DNA of 64,000 bases from a virus. Taxonomy: Duplodnaviria > Caudoviricetes. The stretch lies in IMG/VR virus record IMGVR_UViG_3300011115_000183, positions 870 through 64,869 of that record; one strand, 5' to 3'. Below the pieces are notes generated by a model, which was not told where the DNA came from, searched no databases, and saw only the letters and a program-made list of their open reading frames with translations. Numbering within the stretch: position 1 is the stretch's first letter; the number at the start of each line of letters is the position of its first letter. Below, piece after piece: positions 34,902 to 45,500 of the stretch. Position numbers and translations under genes: made by a program.

Positions 34902-37175
34902 ATGCCTTTACAGAAAATTGCCCTTCGTGCCGGTACAAATAGAGAAAGCACCTCATACGCCAACGAGGGTGGGTATTACTCTTCCAATAAGATTCGTTTC
35001 CGTTCTGGGCAGCCAGAAAAAATAGGTGGCTGGACAGCCGACACGGGCACTTATGTGTCAGCGTATAAACCTTCTACTGGTACGTTGTGGGGTGTTTGTC
35101 GGGCTTTGTGGAACTGGGTAAATTTGTCTGGTTCTAACTTATTGGCGCTTGGCACCAATTTTAAATATTACATCCAAAGTGGCGCAAACGGTTACTACTA
35201 CGATGTAACGCCTATAAGGCTTACCACTTCTGCTGGCGCAGTGACGTTTGCTGCTACCAACGGGTCTCCTACTATTACGGTTGTCAATGCTGGACATGGC
35301 GCTCAGACTGGGGACTTTGTAACTTTCAGCGGCGCTGTTTCTCTTGGCGGTGTTATTACAGCTACCATACTCAATGCTGAGTTTCAAATTACTTATATAA
35401 GCTCTAACCAGTACACAATCACAGCGTCCATCAATGCAAATGGTAGTGACTCAGGTAATGGCGGCGCGTCTGTAGTTGGCGCGTATCAAATCACAACAGG
35501 CAGTGCAACTTTTACCCAGAACACGGGTTGGGGTGCAGGCACTTGGGGCGGCGTAATTCTTGGCACGGTCACTACTGCACTTAACGGGGCTATAAATAAT
35601 TCAGTCACTACGATTACGGTGACGTCCACCACAGGATTTACTGCAACAGGAAATATTCTAATTGACCAAGAAAACATTTCCTACACTGGCGTAACACCTA
35701 CGACGTTCACTGGTTGTACTCGCGGCTTGAGTGGTACAGGCTCTGGCGCTGCTGCTTCTCATTTAACGGCTGCTTCCGTGGTGCAATCTACAACTTTTAC
35801 AGGTTGGGGTCAGTCTGCTCCTGCGGGGCAGGGTATTGGGCAACAATTACGTATATGGACTCAATCTAGTTTTGGCGAGGATTTGATCTTTAATCCCCGT
35901 GGCGGCGCGATGTACTACTGGGCAAACTCCGCAGTTTCTAATACCACTTTTAACCGTGCGGTATACCTTGGCCCGACTCAATCCATAGTTACTAAAGCTG
36001 GCACGATTACCACTGATGCTTATTGCCCATCAGTAGCTAGCCAAGTATTGGTATCTGATGCGTCGCGGTTTGTAATTGCTTTTGGTTGCAATGATGCTGT
36101 TGCTGGTAGCACCGCTCAAGACCCAATGTTTATTGCTTGGTCAAACCAAGAAAGTTTTGCGGTGTGGTATCCACAAGCTACCAACCAAGCTGGTAGTTAT
36201 CGTCTAAGTAATGGTTCACAAATCGTTACTGCTGTACAGACTCGTCAAGAAATTTTGGTGCTGACCGATACTGCCATTTACTCTATGCAGTACCTTGGCC
36301 CACCCTATGTCTGGGGCTTTCAGATCATGGGTAGCAACATTTCAATTGCTGGCCCCAACGCAATTATTACTGCCAACAACACCACATATTGGATGGGTAC
36401 GGATAAGTTTTATATGTATTCTGGTAAGGTTGATACGCTTCCATCGACTCTGCGTGAATACGTCTACACTGACATCAACTTAACGCAGTCCTATCAGTTT
36501 ATGGCGGGTACAAACGAAGGCTACAACGAAGTCTGGTGGCAGTATTGTTCATCTAACTCAGATGTCATTGACCGTTATGTTATTTTTAATTATTTAGATA
36601 ATGTTTGGTATTACGGTGACTGGAGTACTTACACTGGCACAACATATCAAGGGCGTACTGCTTGGATGGATAGCCCGCTTCGTGGTTCTCCGATGGCGGC
36701 TGTGTATGGCACGCCGGGCGGGATAACAAACACTTTACTTGTCTATCATGAAAGTGGGGCAGACGATGGCACAGTTAATCCGGCGACTCCCATTGTGTCT
36801 CAGGTTACTTCTTCTGACTTTGATATTGGTGATGGACACAATTATGGTTTTGTCTGGCGTTTGATCCCTGACTTAACTTTTGACGGGTCATTTACAAATC
36901 AACCAGAGGCTATGTTCACGATTCTCCCCCGTGCTAACCCCGGTGCAGCCTACGGCTCGTCCAATGACCCCTCTGTTATCAGCACGCAGAACTATCAGAA
37001 CCAGAGAACCTACGCCATTCAACAATTTACCCAGCAGGTGTACGTTCGGATTCGTGGGCGGCAGATGGCGTTCAAAGTAAGTTCAGGAACAGTGGGTTCT
37101 GCAACTGAAGGACTTGGCGTACAGTGGCAATTGGGTGTTCCTCGTATTGATGTACGCCCAGACGGTAGGAGATAA
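34902..37175 (+). CDS. tail nozzle / DNA stabilisation protein (P22 gp10 / T7 gp12-like)
   Basis: IRFRSGQPEKIGGW start, beta-propeller-like repeats, DVRPDGRR end; precedes ejection genes. Confidence 0.7.
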   Translation: MPLQKIALRAGTNRESTSYANEGGYYSSNKIRFRSGQPEKIGGWTADTGTYVSAYKPSTGTLWGVCRALWNWVNLSGSNLLALGTNFKYYIQSGANGYYYDVTPIRLTTSAGAVTFAATNGSPTITVVNAGHGAQTGDFVTFSGAVSLGGVITATILNAEFQITYISSNQYTITASINANGSDSGNGGASVVGAYQITTGSATFTQNTGWGAGTWGGVILGTVTTALNGAINNSVTTITVTSTTGFTATGNILIDQENISYTGVTPTTFTGCTRGLSGTGSGAAASHLTAASVVQSTTFTGWGQSAPAGQGIGQQLRIWTQSSFGEDLIFNPRGGAMYYWANSAVSNTTFNRAVYLGPTQSIVTKAGTITTDAYCPSVASQVLVSDASRFVIAFGCNDAVAGSTAQDPMFIAWSNQESFAVWYPQATNQAGSYRLSNGSQIVTAVQTRQEILVLTDTAIYSMQYLGPPYVWGFQIMGSNISIAGPNAIITANNTTYWMGTDKFYMYSGKVDTLPSTLREYVYTDINLTQSYQFMAGTNEGYNEVWWQYCSSNSDVIDRYVIFNYLDNVWYYGDWSTYTGTTYQGRTAWMDSPLRGSPMAAVYGTPGGITNTLLVYHESGADDGTVNPATPIVSQVTSSDFDIGDGHNYGFVWRLIPDLTFDGSFTNQPEAMFTILPRANPGAAYGSSNDPSVISTQNYQNQRTYAIQQFTQQVYVRIRGRQMAFKVSSGTVGSATEGLGVQWQLGVPRIDVRPDGRR

Positions 37176-37177
37176 AT

Positions 37178-37504
37178 ATGGGATCAAAACTATCTACAGT
37201 TCCTCGCCTTCCTTCGGCCCCTATTCAATACGATTCTAAATATTTAGAACAACTTTCAAACGTTCTTCGTTTGTATTTTGCCCAGTTAAACAATGCGTCC
37301 CCTGCCATATTTGCATCCCAAGGTATTGGAGGCGCTGATGTCATATCAGCTTTAACTTGCGCCCAACCTGACCTTACCACGCCCGGCGCGTCAAAAATTA
37401 GTCTTCCTACACAAGCAGACTTTGCCAATCTTCGCCCCGGGGACATCTATTACGATACTTCTGGCGGAGCAGCAACTAGCTACCCGTTGCGGATCAAGGC
37501 ATGA
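37178..37504 (+). CDS. small tail protein (LP..P.QYD...LRLYF)
   Basis: AGGAG RBS; synteny. Confidence 0.75.
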   Translation: MGSKLSTVPRLPSAPIQYDSKYLEQLSNVLRLYFAQLNNASPAIFASQGIGGADVISALTCAQPDLTTPGASKISLPTQADFANLRPGDIYYDTSGGAATSYPLRIKA

Positions 37505-37809
37505 TGCCGCCCATACGAGAAAAGCTGTACGAGGATGCCAACGGGGAAGTCCTGTGTGATTACCTGTTCGACCGAACAAAGGTCTCATTGCATCTAAACT
37601 TCAACGACGGAGCGTGGACTCCTTCAAAGTTCAAGCAATATAAGCATATTTTTGAGGGCTTGGTATCAGATATTAAAGACAAAAGTTACACGGAAGTGTA
37701 TGCTCTACCCTTTGAAAATGATGTAAAAGCGCAGAAATTGATTGCCATGTTTGGGTTTAAAGAATTTGACCGCAGACGCGGCTTTGTTTTAATGAAACGC
37801 GAGGTGTAA
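37501..37809 (+). CDS. GNAT-like acyltransferase fold protein
   Basis: VYAL...N..AQKLIAMFGFK C-terminal GNAT pattern. Confidence 0.55.
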   Translation: MMPPIREKLYEDANGEVLCDYLFDRTKVSLHLNFNDGAWTPSKFKQYKHIFEGLVSDIKDKSYTEVYALPFENDVKAQKLIAMFGFKEFDRRRGFVLMKREV

Positions 37810-37810
37810 T

Positions 37811-39370
37811 ATGGGAGCAGCAGCAGCGCCGTTATTGGCAGAATCAGTAATGGCGGAATCGTTCGCCGTAGCAGCGCCGTCGATGTTCACGGCAGTTGAG
37901 TTGGCTCCCCTTGCAGCGCCGACCTTTGGCGGGCTATCAGCTCTTGGCGCAGAGTTTGGCACTGCGGGTCTACTGGCGGAGGCTGGTACAAATGCTTCAA
38001 TATTAAGCGCTCTTGGCTCCGGGGCTGGCGCTAGCGCTGTACCTACATTGGCTGAAGGTATTGCCTCAGGAGTTACCACAGGTGGTCTTGGCGCAGGTGA
38101 ATTGGGTGTCAATGAAGCGCTGGTCAACGCAGAACAAATGCAAGCTGTCAATTCTGGGTTACAGGAAGTTAAAGCTGCTGAGGATCTTAGCCAATTTAAC
38201 AATGTGTTTGAAAATGCAGATACATATGCTCAAGGCATTAAAGATGCTTACCCTCTTGAAGCCCCAACGGCGGATTGGTCTGGCACAGAGTCCATGCTAG
38301 ACACCGTTAATAAAGCCCCTGAAGCATTAAAAACTACTGGATATGACCTCGCCAGTAAAGCCGTTCCGGGTAGTATTCCTGAACCCCTAAATGTTCCTAA
38401 CCCAACATATGACTTAGCACAACCGGCGAGTAATGCGTTGAGGGCGGGTACTGGGGAGGGCATTAAAACAGCCTTGACTGAGCTGCCACAAACTACTAAT
38501 CCATTGGCTAATGGCTTTAAAACAGCAATGGACTTTGCTAAAGATAGTCCGTTCTCTGCGGCATCTATGGCTTACTCTGCCAAAAACCTTCTTGGAAAGA
38601 AAGAAGAAGATGATTCGGGGCCTACTCCTTACAACGGCATCCTGTCCAAATACAAGATATCGCCTAACTTCCAAGGGCGACAAGCTAACCCTGCCGATTT
38701 TCAGTATGCAACCAAAACCTATGCTGAAGGCGGTATCGCTTCATTTAGGTCAGGCGGTAGGTCTAACAAATCTGACAGTCTTGACCCAACAGGTGGCAGC
38801 AAAATAGCGGGTGATTACTACGAGTCCATGTTGCGCGAACAAGCTCGAAACATGCCATCTATGCATAGTGATCCGGGCATTATTTATGATACTGACCCAG
38901 ATACTCGATCTCTTGATCCAGTATCCGCTGCGCAAATACGCATGGCAAAGATTAATAAGCGATCCAATATCCAAGCACAGAACATGAAACGTCCCACTCC
39001 GATGGGACAAATTAACCTTGCCCCGCCCGGCGCAAAAGCGCAAGAAAGCGATACAACTAGCGCGGCTCACGGCGGAATCATGCACTCCAGTCTGGGCGGT
39101 TACGCTGCTGGTGGAAACCCTAGGCTGCTCAAAGGCCCGGGCGATGGCATGTCAGATAACATCCCCGCTACCATTGCTGGCAAGCAACCTGCCCGACTGG
39201 CTGATGGCGAGTTTGTCGTACCTGCTGACGTGGTGTCCCACCTTGGTAACGGTTCTACCGAAGCAGGGGCGAAGATACTGCATGAGATGATGAATAAGGT
39301 TCGTCAAGCCCGCACAGGAAACTCTAAGCAAGGTAAACAGATCAACCCCCGCAAATTTGTACCCGCCTAA
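37811..39370 (+). CDS. internal virion / ejection protein with xxxGG motifs and a GPGDGMSD..IPA..L.DGEFV domain
   Basis: GAGGT RBS; Ala/Gly-rich N-terminus; YAEGG, FRSGG, AAHGG, YAAGG. Confidence 0.75.
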   Translation: MGAAAAPLLAESVMAESFAVAAPSMFTAVELAPLAAPTFGGLSALGAEFGTAGLLAEAGTNASILSALGSGAGASAVPTLAEGIASGVTTGGLGAGELGVNEALVNAEQMQAVNSGLQEVKAAEDLSQFNNVFENADTYAQGIKDAYPLEAPTADWSGTESMLDTVNKAPEALKTTGYDLASKAVPGSIPEPLNVPNPTYDLAQPASNALRAGTGEGIKTALTELPQTTNPLANGFKTAMDFAKDSPFSAASMAYSAKNLLGKKEEDDSGPTPYNGILSKYKISPNFQGRQANPADFQYATKTYAEGGIASFRSGGRSNKSDSLDPTGGSKIAGDYYESMLREQARNMPSMHSDPGIIYDTDPDTRSLDPVSAAQIRMAKINKRSNIQAQNMKRPTPMGQINLAPPGAKAQESDTTSAAHGGIMHSSLGGYAAGGNPRLLKGPGDGMSDNIPATIAGKQPARLADGEFVVPADVVSHLGNGSTEAGAKILHEMMNKVRQARTGNSKQGKQINPRKFVPA

Positions 39371-39372
39371 AC

Positions 39373-39780
39373 ATGCCCTTATACCAAGTCCATCCCCGTG
39401 AGTTGCCAGAAGTATGGCCTGTTGCTGCACCTTTGATTCAACGGGCAATTGACCTCGACCCAGACCTCAACAAGATTGAATTGATTGAGTTTGCAGTTCG
39501 TACAGGTAAAACATATTTGGTTGTGTGGGATGAGCCGGGTGAAGGCATTACTGGCGCGGCGGTAGTGGACATCGTTGATACGCCATGTGAACGTATTGCA
39601 CATGGTAACTTGATGGGCGGTAAAGCTATTGTGCGCCCACACGTGATTGAAGAGCTTTATAAATGGATGCGCTTACATGGCGCAACAACAGCACAACTCT
39701 GGGCCAAAGGCACTTTGGTAAATATGTATGAAAAGATTGGGTTAAAAGTTACCCATCAAGTGATGAGGATTAAATTATGA
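39373..39780 (+). CDS. GNAT-like acyltransferase fold protein
   Basis: VWP, GAAVV, MGG, NMYEKIGL pattern. Confidence 0.55.
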   Translation: MPLYQVHPRELPEVWPVAAPLIQRAIDLDPDLNKIELIEFAVRTGKTYLVVWDEPGEGITGAAVVDIVDTPCERIAHGNLMGGKAIVRPHVIEELYKWMRLHGATTAQLWAKGTLVNMYEKIGLKVTHQVMRIKL

Positions 39781-42512
39781 ACGCCTTCAAGTTTATCTAT
39801 GGTCTTATCCACCCACTGGGCATTGTTGCTCGGTTTACTCTTTGGGGTGGCGGCTCAGGTGGCGGCGGTTCACAAAACAGTACCAACACAACGTACCAGA
39901 CCAACATTCCTGAGTATGCAAAGCCCTACGTCGAGACTATGCTTGGTGCAACCCAGAAACAATTGTTTCAGGGAAATCCTACTGAGGGCGGCGGATTTGA
40001 CATAACTGGCTTCCAACCGTACCGCGCTTATGGCGGTTCATATGATGCGTCCGGTAACCAGACTGGATACGACTCTGGTAAATCTGTTGCTGGTTTTCAG
40101 CCCATGCAGACCGCAGCGCAGCAAGGTATTGCCAATATGCAAACGCCTCAACAGTACGGGCAGGCAATGGGTCTTACTGGACAAGGCATCATGGGTCAGT
40201 TGGGCACTGCCGGGCAAGGTGTTGGTCTGGCAGGTATGGGGTATGAGGCTGCCAACGCAGGCAATCAGTACGCACAACAGGCAACAAACCCATACGCCAC
40301 GCAAGCCTACATGTCGCCGTACATGCAAAACGTGGTTGATGTTCAACAACGTGAGGCCCAGCGTCAAGCAGATATTGCAACGACAGGGCGTAATGCGCAA
40401 GCTGTTCAATCTGGCGCATTTGGCGGGTCTCGTCAAGCTATTACTGATGCGGAAGCTGCTCGTAATTTAGCTACACAACAAGGCGCTATCCAAGCTCAGG
40501 GTTCACAAAACGCATTTCAAAATGCCCAACAGGCACAACAGTATGGTGCTGGTCTTGGACTTCAAGGTATGCAGGCCGGTATGCAAGGCGTTGGCGCAGG
40601 TATTGGTGCGCAGCAAGCTGGGTATGGTCAAGCCATGTCCGGTGCGCAGAACCTTGCCAATCTGGGTCAACAGCAGCTTGGCGCACAGCAGGGCATCTAC
40701 AGCCTCCAGAACACGACTGGTGCACAACAGCAAGCCTTGGAGCAGCAGAAGATCAATCAGTCTATCCAAGACTACTCCAACGCGCAGCAGTACCCACTTA
40801 TGCAGTTGGGCACAATGTCCAACATGATCCGTGGCTTGCCCATGCAGGCTCAAACTACACAGCAGTACGTGGCGGCTCCCAACCCTGTTACCCAAGCGAT
40901 TGGTGCAGCGGGAGCAGGTGCGTCTCTGTACAACGCGTTCAAAGGCGCAGAGGGCGGCTTGCCCAAAGAATTTAAAAAGTCAGGCATCATGTCTTACGCC
41001 GAAGGCGGTGAAGTTGACGCCATAGATAAAGCTTCCAAGATGGCAACCATCGCTAACATGATGCCCCGTATTGGGTTTAGCGCAGGTGGAATAAGCAACG
41101 ACATTGAGCATGACCTGTACAGCATGGATGAGGACGATCTTCAAAGACAGCTTAAAGAATCATCTAGCCCATCTGTTAAGCGTATGGCACAACGCATCTT
41201 GCGTATGAAGCAGATGGAGAACCAGCCTCAGCAGCCAAGTATGGCTGGCGGCGGCATCATCGCGTTTGCTGGAGGTGGTACACCAACATCTTCAGAAGAA
41301 TTGCAGCAACGTGTGATGCAAGCAAAACCAACAGGGGATATAACAACTGCCCCTGTTCCCATGCAGTCAAATGTTTTGCCAGCGCCCAGAGAAGACGCAA
41401 TAGCGGCTGCAAACAATGTTCAGCCTGCCAAACAACCGCCTAATTCCTTAGAAGCGGCAATGAGTGACCCCAACATACCGGACGTCATGAAAGGACAGCT
41501 TGCTGATATACAAACTAAGTATGCCCGTACTACAGATGACATCATAAAAGAAAAAAGGGCTGCTTATGAAGCAGCGGGGGTGAACCCACGTAATCCAGAG
41601 GAACGTGCCAACTTGATGAAGGAACGTGCCAATGCTGATGATGAAGCCAAACGCAATAGGTATTTGCAAGCTGCTGCGTTCTTTGCGCGTTGGGGTTCGA
41701 CCCCCGGCTCAACCTTGGCTGCTGGTTTGACTGCGGTTAGAGAACGAGTACCTGAAATTATTGAGAGTGAAAAAGAAGCCAAGAAGATTCGCATGGAAAT
41801 TAACAAGTCCATCGCTAGTCTTGACGAAGCAACACGCCTTGAGAATAAAGGTGAAGTTGATGCAGCGATGGCAATGAAAGAAAAAGACGCTGAGAAGATG
41901 CAAGCGGTTTACTTTAAATTGTCTGATATTGAGATGGCAGCGAAGAAAGACGCTGCTTCTGAAGCAAAGATGATTAAACAACAAGACGCTATTGCAGCCC
42001 GCGACCGGGAACATATGACTAGTCTTGAGCGTATGCGTAAGGATATTACTGATAGTCAAAACGCTACGCATATTGCTGTTGCAGAAATACAAGCCAAGGC
42101 TGAAAAAGCAAGGATTGCAGCAACCTCAGCAGATCGTGCCGATCAAGCAAAGTATGCGCAATTGGCTGGTATTTATAAATCTAGTGAAACAGCAATTAAC
42201 GGCATAAATGATATGCGCAGCCATAAAGATTACATTGCCAATAAAACAGTTGTTGATAGGGCAGAATCACTTAGGGCGCTTGACCCTGAAGGTAAGATTC
42301 CGCCGCACCTTGCAACAACGTATCCAGCGGCCTTGCAAAAAATAAACGAGTTTGAAAAAGAAATAAAAGAACGTAAAGACCGTATTCAAAATCGCGTGAG
42401 TCTATATGAAAAACGCATTTTTGGGGCAGGTTTTGATATGAGTTCAGATGCTCCAAAAGCTACGTCCGGAAAAGACCGCCCTTTATTGACAGATCCAAGC
42501 TTACAAAAATAA
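39777..42512 (+). CDS. ejection (DNA pilot-like) protein
   Basis: IPEYAKPY, YMSPY, GAFGGSRQA motifs; Gln/Gly-rich first half, coiled-coil second half. Confidence 0.75.
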   Translation: MNAFKFIYGLIHPLGIVARFTLWGGGSGGGGSQNSTNTTYQTNIPEYAKPYVETMLGATQKQLFQGNPTEGGGFDITGFQPYRAYGGSYDASGNQTGYDSGKSVAGFQPMQTAAQQGIANMQTPQQYGQAMGLTGQGIMGQLGTAGQGVGLAGMGYEAANAGNQYAQQATNPYATQAYMSPYMQNVVDVQQREAQRQADIATTGRNAQAVQSGAFGGSRQAITDAEAARNLATQQGAIQAQGSQNAFQNAQQAQQYGAGLGLQGMQAGMQGVGAGIGAQQAGYGQAMSGAQNLANLGQQQLGAQQGIYSLQNTTGAQQQALEQQKINQSIQDYSNAQQYPLMQLGTMSNMIRGLPMQAQTTQQYVAAPNPVTQAIGAAGAGASLYNAFKGAEGGLPKEFKKSGIMSYAEGGEVDAIDKASKMATIANMMPRIGFSAGGISNDIEHDLYSMDEDDLQRQLKESSSPSVKRMAQRILRMKQMENQPQQPSMAGGGIIAFAGGGTPTSSEELQQRVMQAKPTGDITTAPVPMQSNVLPAPREDAIAAANNVQPAKQPPNSLEAAMSDPNIPDVMKGQLADIQTKYARTTDDIIKEKRAAYEAAGVNPRNPEERANLMKERANADDEAKRNRYLQAAAFFARWGSTPGSTLAAGLTAVRERVPEIIESEKEAKKIRMEINKSIASLDEATRLENKGEVDAAMAMKEKDAEKMQAVYFKLSDIEMAAKKDAASEAKMIKQQDAIAARDREHMTSLERMRKDITDSQNATHIAVAEIQAKAEKARIAATSADRADQAKYAQLAGIYKSSETAINGINDMRSHKDYIANKTVVDRAESLRALDPEGKIPPHLATTYPAALQKINEFEKEIKERKDRIQNRVSLYEKRIFGAGFDMSSDAPKATSGKDRPLLTDPSLQK

Positions 42513-42521
42513 GGAACAGTC

Positions 42522-45500
42522 ATGGCACTTGACATTGAAAAAGCAAGGGCGGCTGGCTACTCTGATGCGGAAATTGTCGATCATCTTTCACAGTCGTCAA
42601 CGCTGGATGTAAACAAAGCCCGCAAAGCTGGGTACTCTGACTCTGACCTTCTTCAACATTTTAAAAGTGTTGAGCCTATACCTACGCCCAAACAAGAAGC
42701 CAAGGTGCTTCCCGCATCAGACACGTCCAGCGACTTTATGCGCGGGCTGTCCAACTACTTTCCGCAACTGCAAGAACTGGGTGGCGCAACGGAAGCATTG
42801 GCGGGTGTTGGCTTGCATAAGATTGGCGCAACCGATACCGGCAAGTCCCTCATAGAGGGTGGCCTTAAGACTATGGAGTCTGGGAAAGCCAAGCAGGTAT
42901 CCAAAGAATCTGATGAGTTCCTCAAAGCATATGAAAAAGGTATTGGCACTGTTCTTACTGATTGGTTGCCATATCAAATGGGCGCGGGTGTTGCCAACGT
43001 AGCTGAGACTCTTGGCTTCTCTGCCCTTGGCGCATTGGCTGGTACGGCTGTTGAACCCGGCGTTGGCACTGTTGTGGGAGCATTTGGCTCTGCCTTATCC
43101 AAGACAATGGTTAAAAAAGGAATTAAAGAAGCCGCCGAAGCCGTAGCTGCAAAAGAAGGTAAAGCAGCCGCTGATGAGTTTGTCAAAGCTGAGACCAAAA
43201 AACTTCTTACAGAGCAACTTGAAAAAGGTGTATTGCAGACCTACTCGAAAGCGGGCGCTAAATCTATTGGCTCGACCGCAGGTATGGTTGGTCAAGCTGG
43301 TCTGCATGGTATGGGTGAGGTGGGTAGCCGCGTCTTTGATGAAGAGAAGCGCCGCGCTGAATCTGAAGGCCGTGAATTCAAGCCAGAGGATATTGATATG
43401 GGGAGGGTAGCCCCCGCTGTGTTGGTACATGGCGTAGCGGACTACTTCTTCAACAAGATTGGCCTTGACTCCATGAAAATTGGGTCAGACGCTACCAAGT
43501 CTTTGGCGATGGATATTGCCAAACGGATTGCGGTTACAGGCGCAAAAGAAATCCCTGCTGAAGAACTTCAGACCCTTGCGGAACGCTATGGCGCTGGTCT
43601 GTCTTTGACTGACAAAGAAGCTCTCAACGAGTACATCAACACGGCAGCCGCATCTGTTGGTATGTCTGTTGTACCCGGTGGTGTGGGCGGTGCGCGTACG
43701 CACATGGCAGTGGCTAAGACCAAGGCGTTGGAAGAACAACAAAAGGCTCAGCAAAATACTACGCAGACTACAACTGGAACTCAAACTACGGAGACTGCGC
43801 CTAAGGTTGACGCAGATACCGCAGCATTGCTGACCCCTGCTACACCTATTGGACAAAAAACAAAACCGGCTGAGACTACCCCTGCGACAACAGAAGTCAA
43901 AGCTGATGAGACTACCCCTGCGGCTACAGAAATTAAAACGGATGAGACTGCGCCCCCTACCGAGAGTAGAGAAGCAACAGTCGATCGTCTTATTCAAGAA
44001 AGAACTGCTGAGCTAGAAGAGCTTGAAAAGAAACGTGAGGCTTTAGGCTTTGCACCAAAGTTGCGCCGTAACAGTTCACAAAAAGTTAGGGAAGCAGTAG
44101 CAGCAATTGAAGAATTAGAAAAAGAAATAGGCGGAGTAAAACAAGCCCTATGGTTTTTGCATACAGGGAAAGAAATAGATAAAGAAAAGGGTCAAAATGT
44201 TAATGAACCTATCGCAAGTGCAGGTGGAGCAGGCGCTACTGTGGCTGGCAAACCCGGTGCTGTCGTCACCACCGGAGGAACTACTACAACTCAATCAGAC
44301 AGAGTGGTTGATACTGGAACACCTGCTACAGACACTGGTGCAGGAAAGGCAATACAGCCCGCTACATTAACTGACGAACAGAGGATGCTCTCAGAGCTTA
44401 AACCGCCTGAGCGCATTGACACGACTCCGGGTTATGTAGCCACTGAACAAAGCGGCGAGGCAAACCTCAAAGCTGCAATGGAGTTGGCTGCTCAATATGA
44501 AAAAACGGCAGATGAAGACTACCAAAAGAATTTGGCTGAATCCAAGGTAAATGAAAAGGGCAAGCCAAGAAAAATACCACAGCATGAAATTACTGCTGAG
44601 ATGCAGGAAGAGTATGACCTAACCCGTGAAGCTAAACGTGAAGAAGGTGTGGTTATCCCTGCATGGAATGATCTGACCTCTGATGAGAAAGACGTCTACT
44701 TTGACAATATTAGACAAAACACAATTGAAGAACACAATACCGCAGCAGACACACTCGATGCGTACCGCAAGAAGAAAAGTGCGGATAAATTAAATCTCAC
44801 TACAGAGCAGCAACGCTTTGTAAACGCCTATGAGCAGAACCGCGCCATCAGCAGCAAGTTGTTTGGTGTAGAGTTCCCTGCATGGGGCGATCTTAATACT
44901 GACGATAAACAAGTTTACCTACAACAGATCATCAGTAATGCTGGCTTACAGCAGGACGTAGGCTTTGCACACCTTGGCGCACATCTGCTCCAAAAAGAAC
45001 GTCGGATGACCAATGACCAGAAACACGCTGTCGTGTTGCGTATGGTTGAGGTGCAGAACAAGATTGAGCAAGAACATAAACAGAACAAAGAGAAGTACGA
45101 CAAGCTCAATCAAGCCAGCCAGCGAACTTCTGTCCAAGGGCTTGTACCTGATGCTGTACTTGCCCACATAAAGGGTAACAACATCCAAGGCGTGTTGCAG
45201 TTCCTGCGCACTTCTGCAAACAATAAGTTCTTCCGAAATATTGCTCAGGCAATCTTCAGCATGAAGCTGAACACTCAGATTAAGATGATAGAGAAGCTAC
45301 CCGGTAAAGACTTAGCCATCTATGACCCAGCTTCAGACACGATCTTTGTGACTCCATTTGGCGCATCTGAAACCGTATTGATGCACGAATTGGTACATGC
45401 TGGCACTATTAAGGTATTAAATTTATTTCTTACTGGAAAATACAAACAATTAACGCCCGAACAAATTGATGCAGCGGAACAACTGCAAAGCATCATGGAT

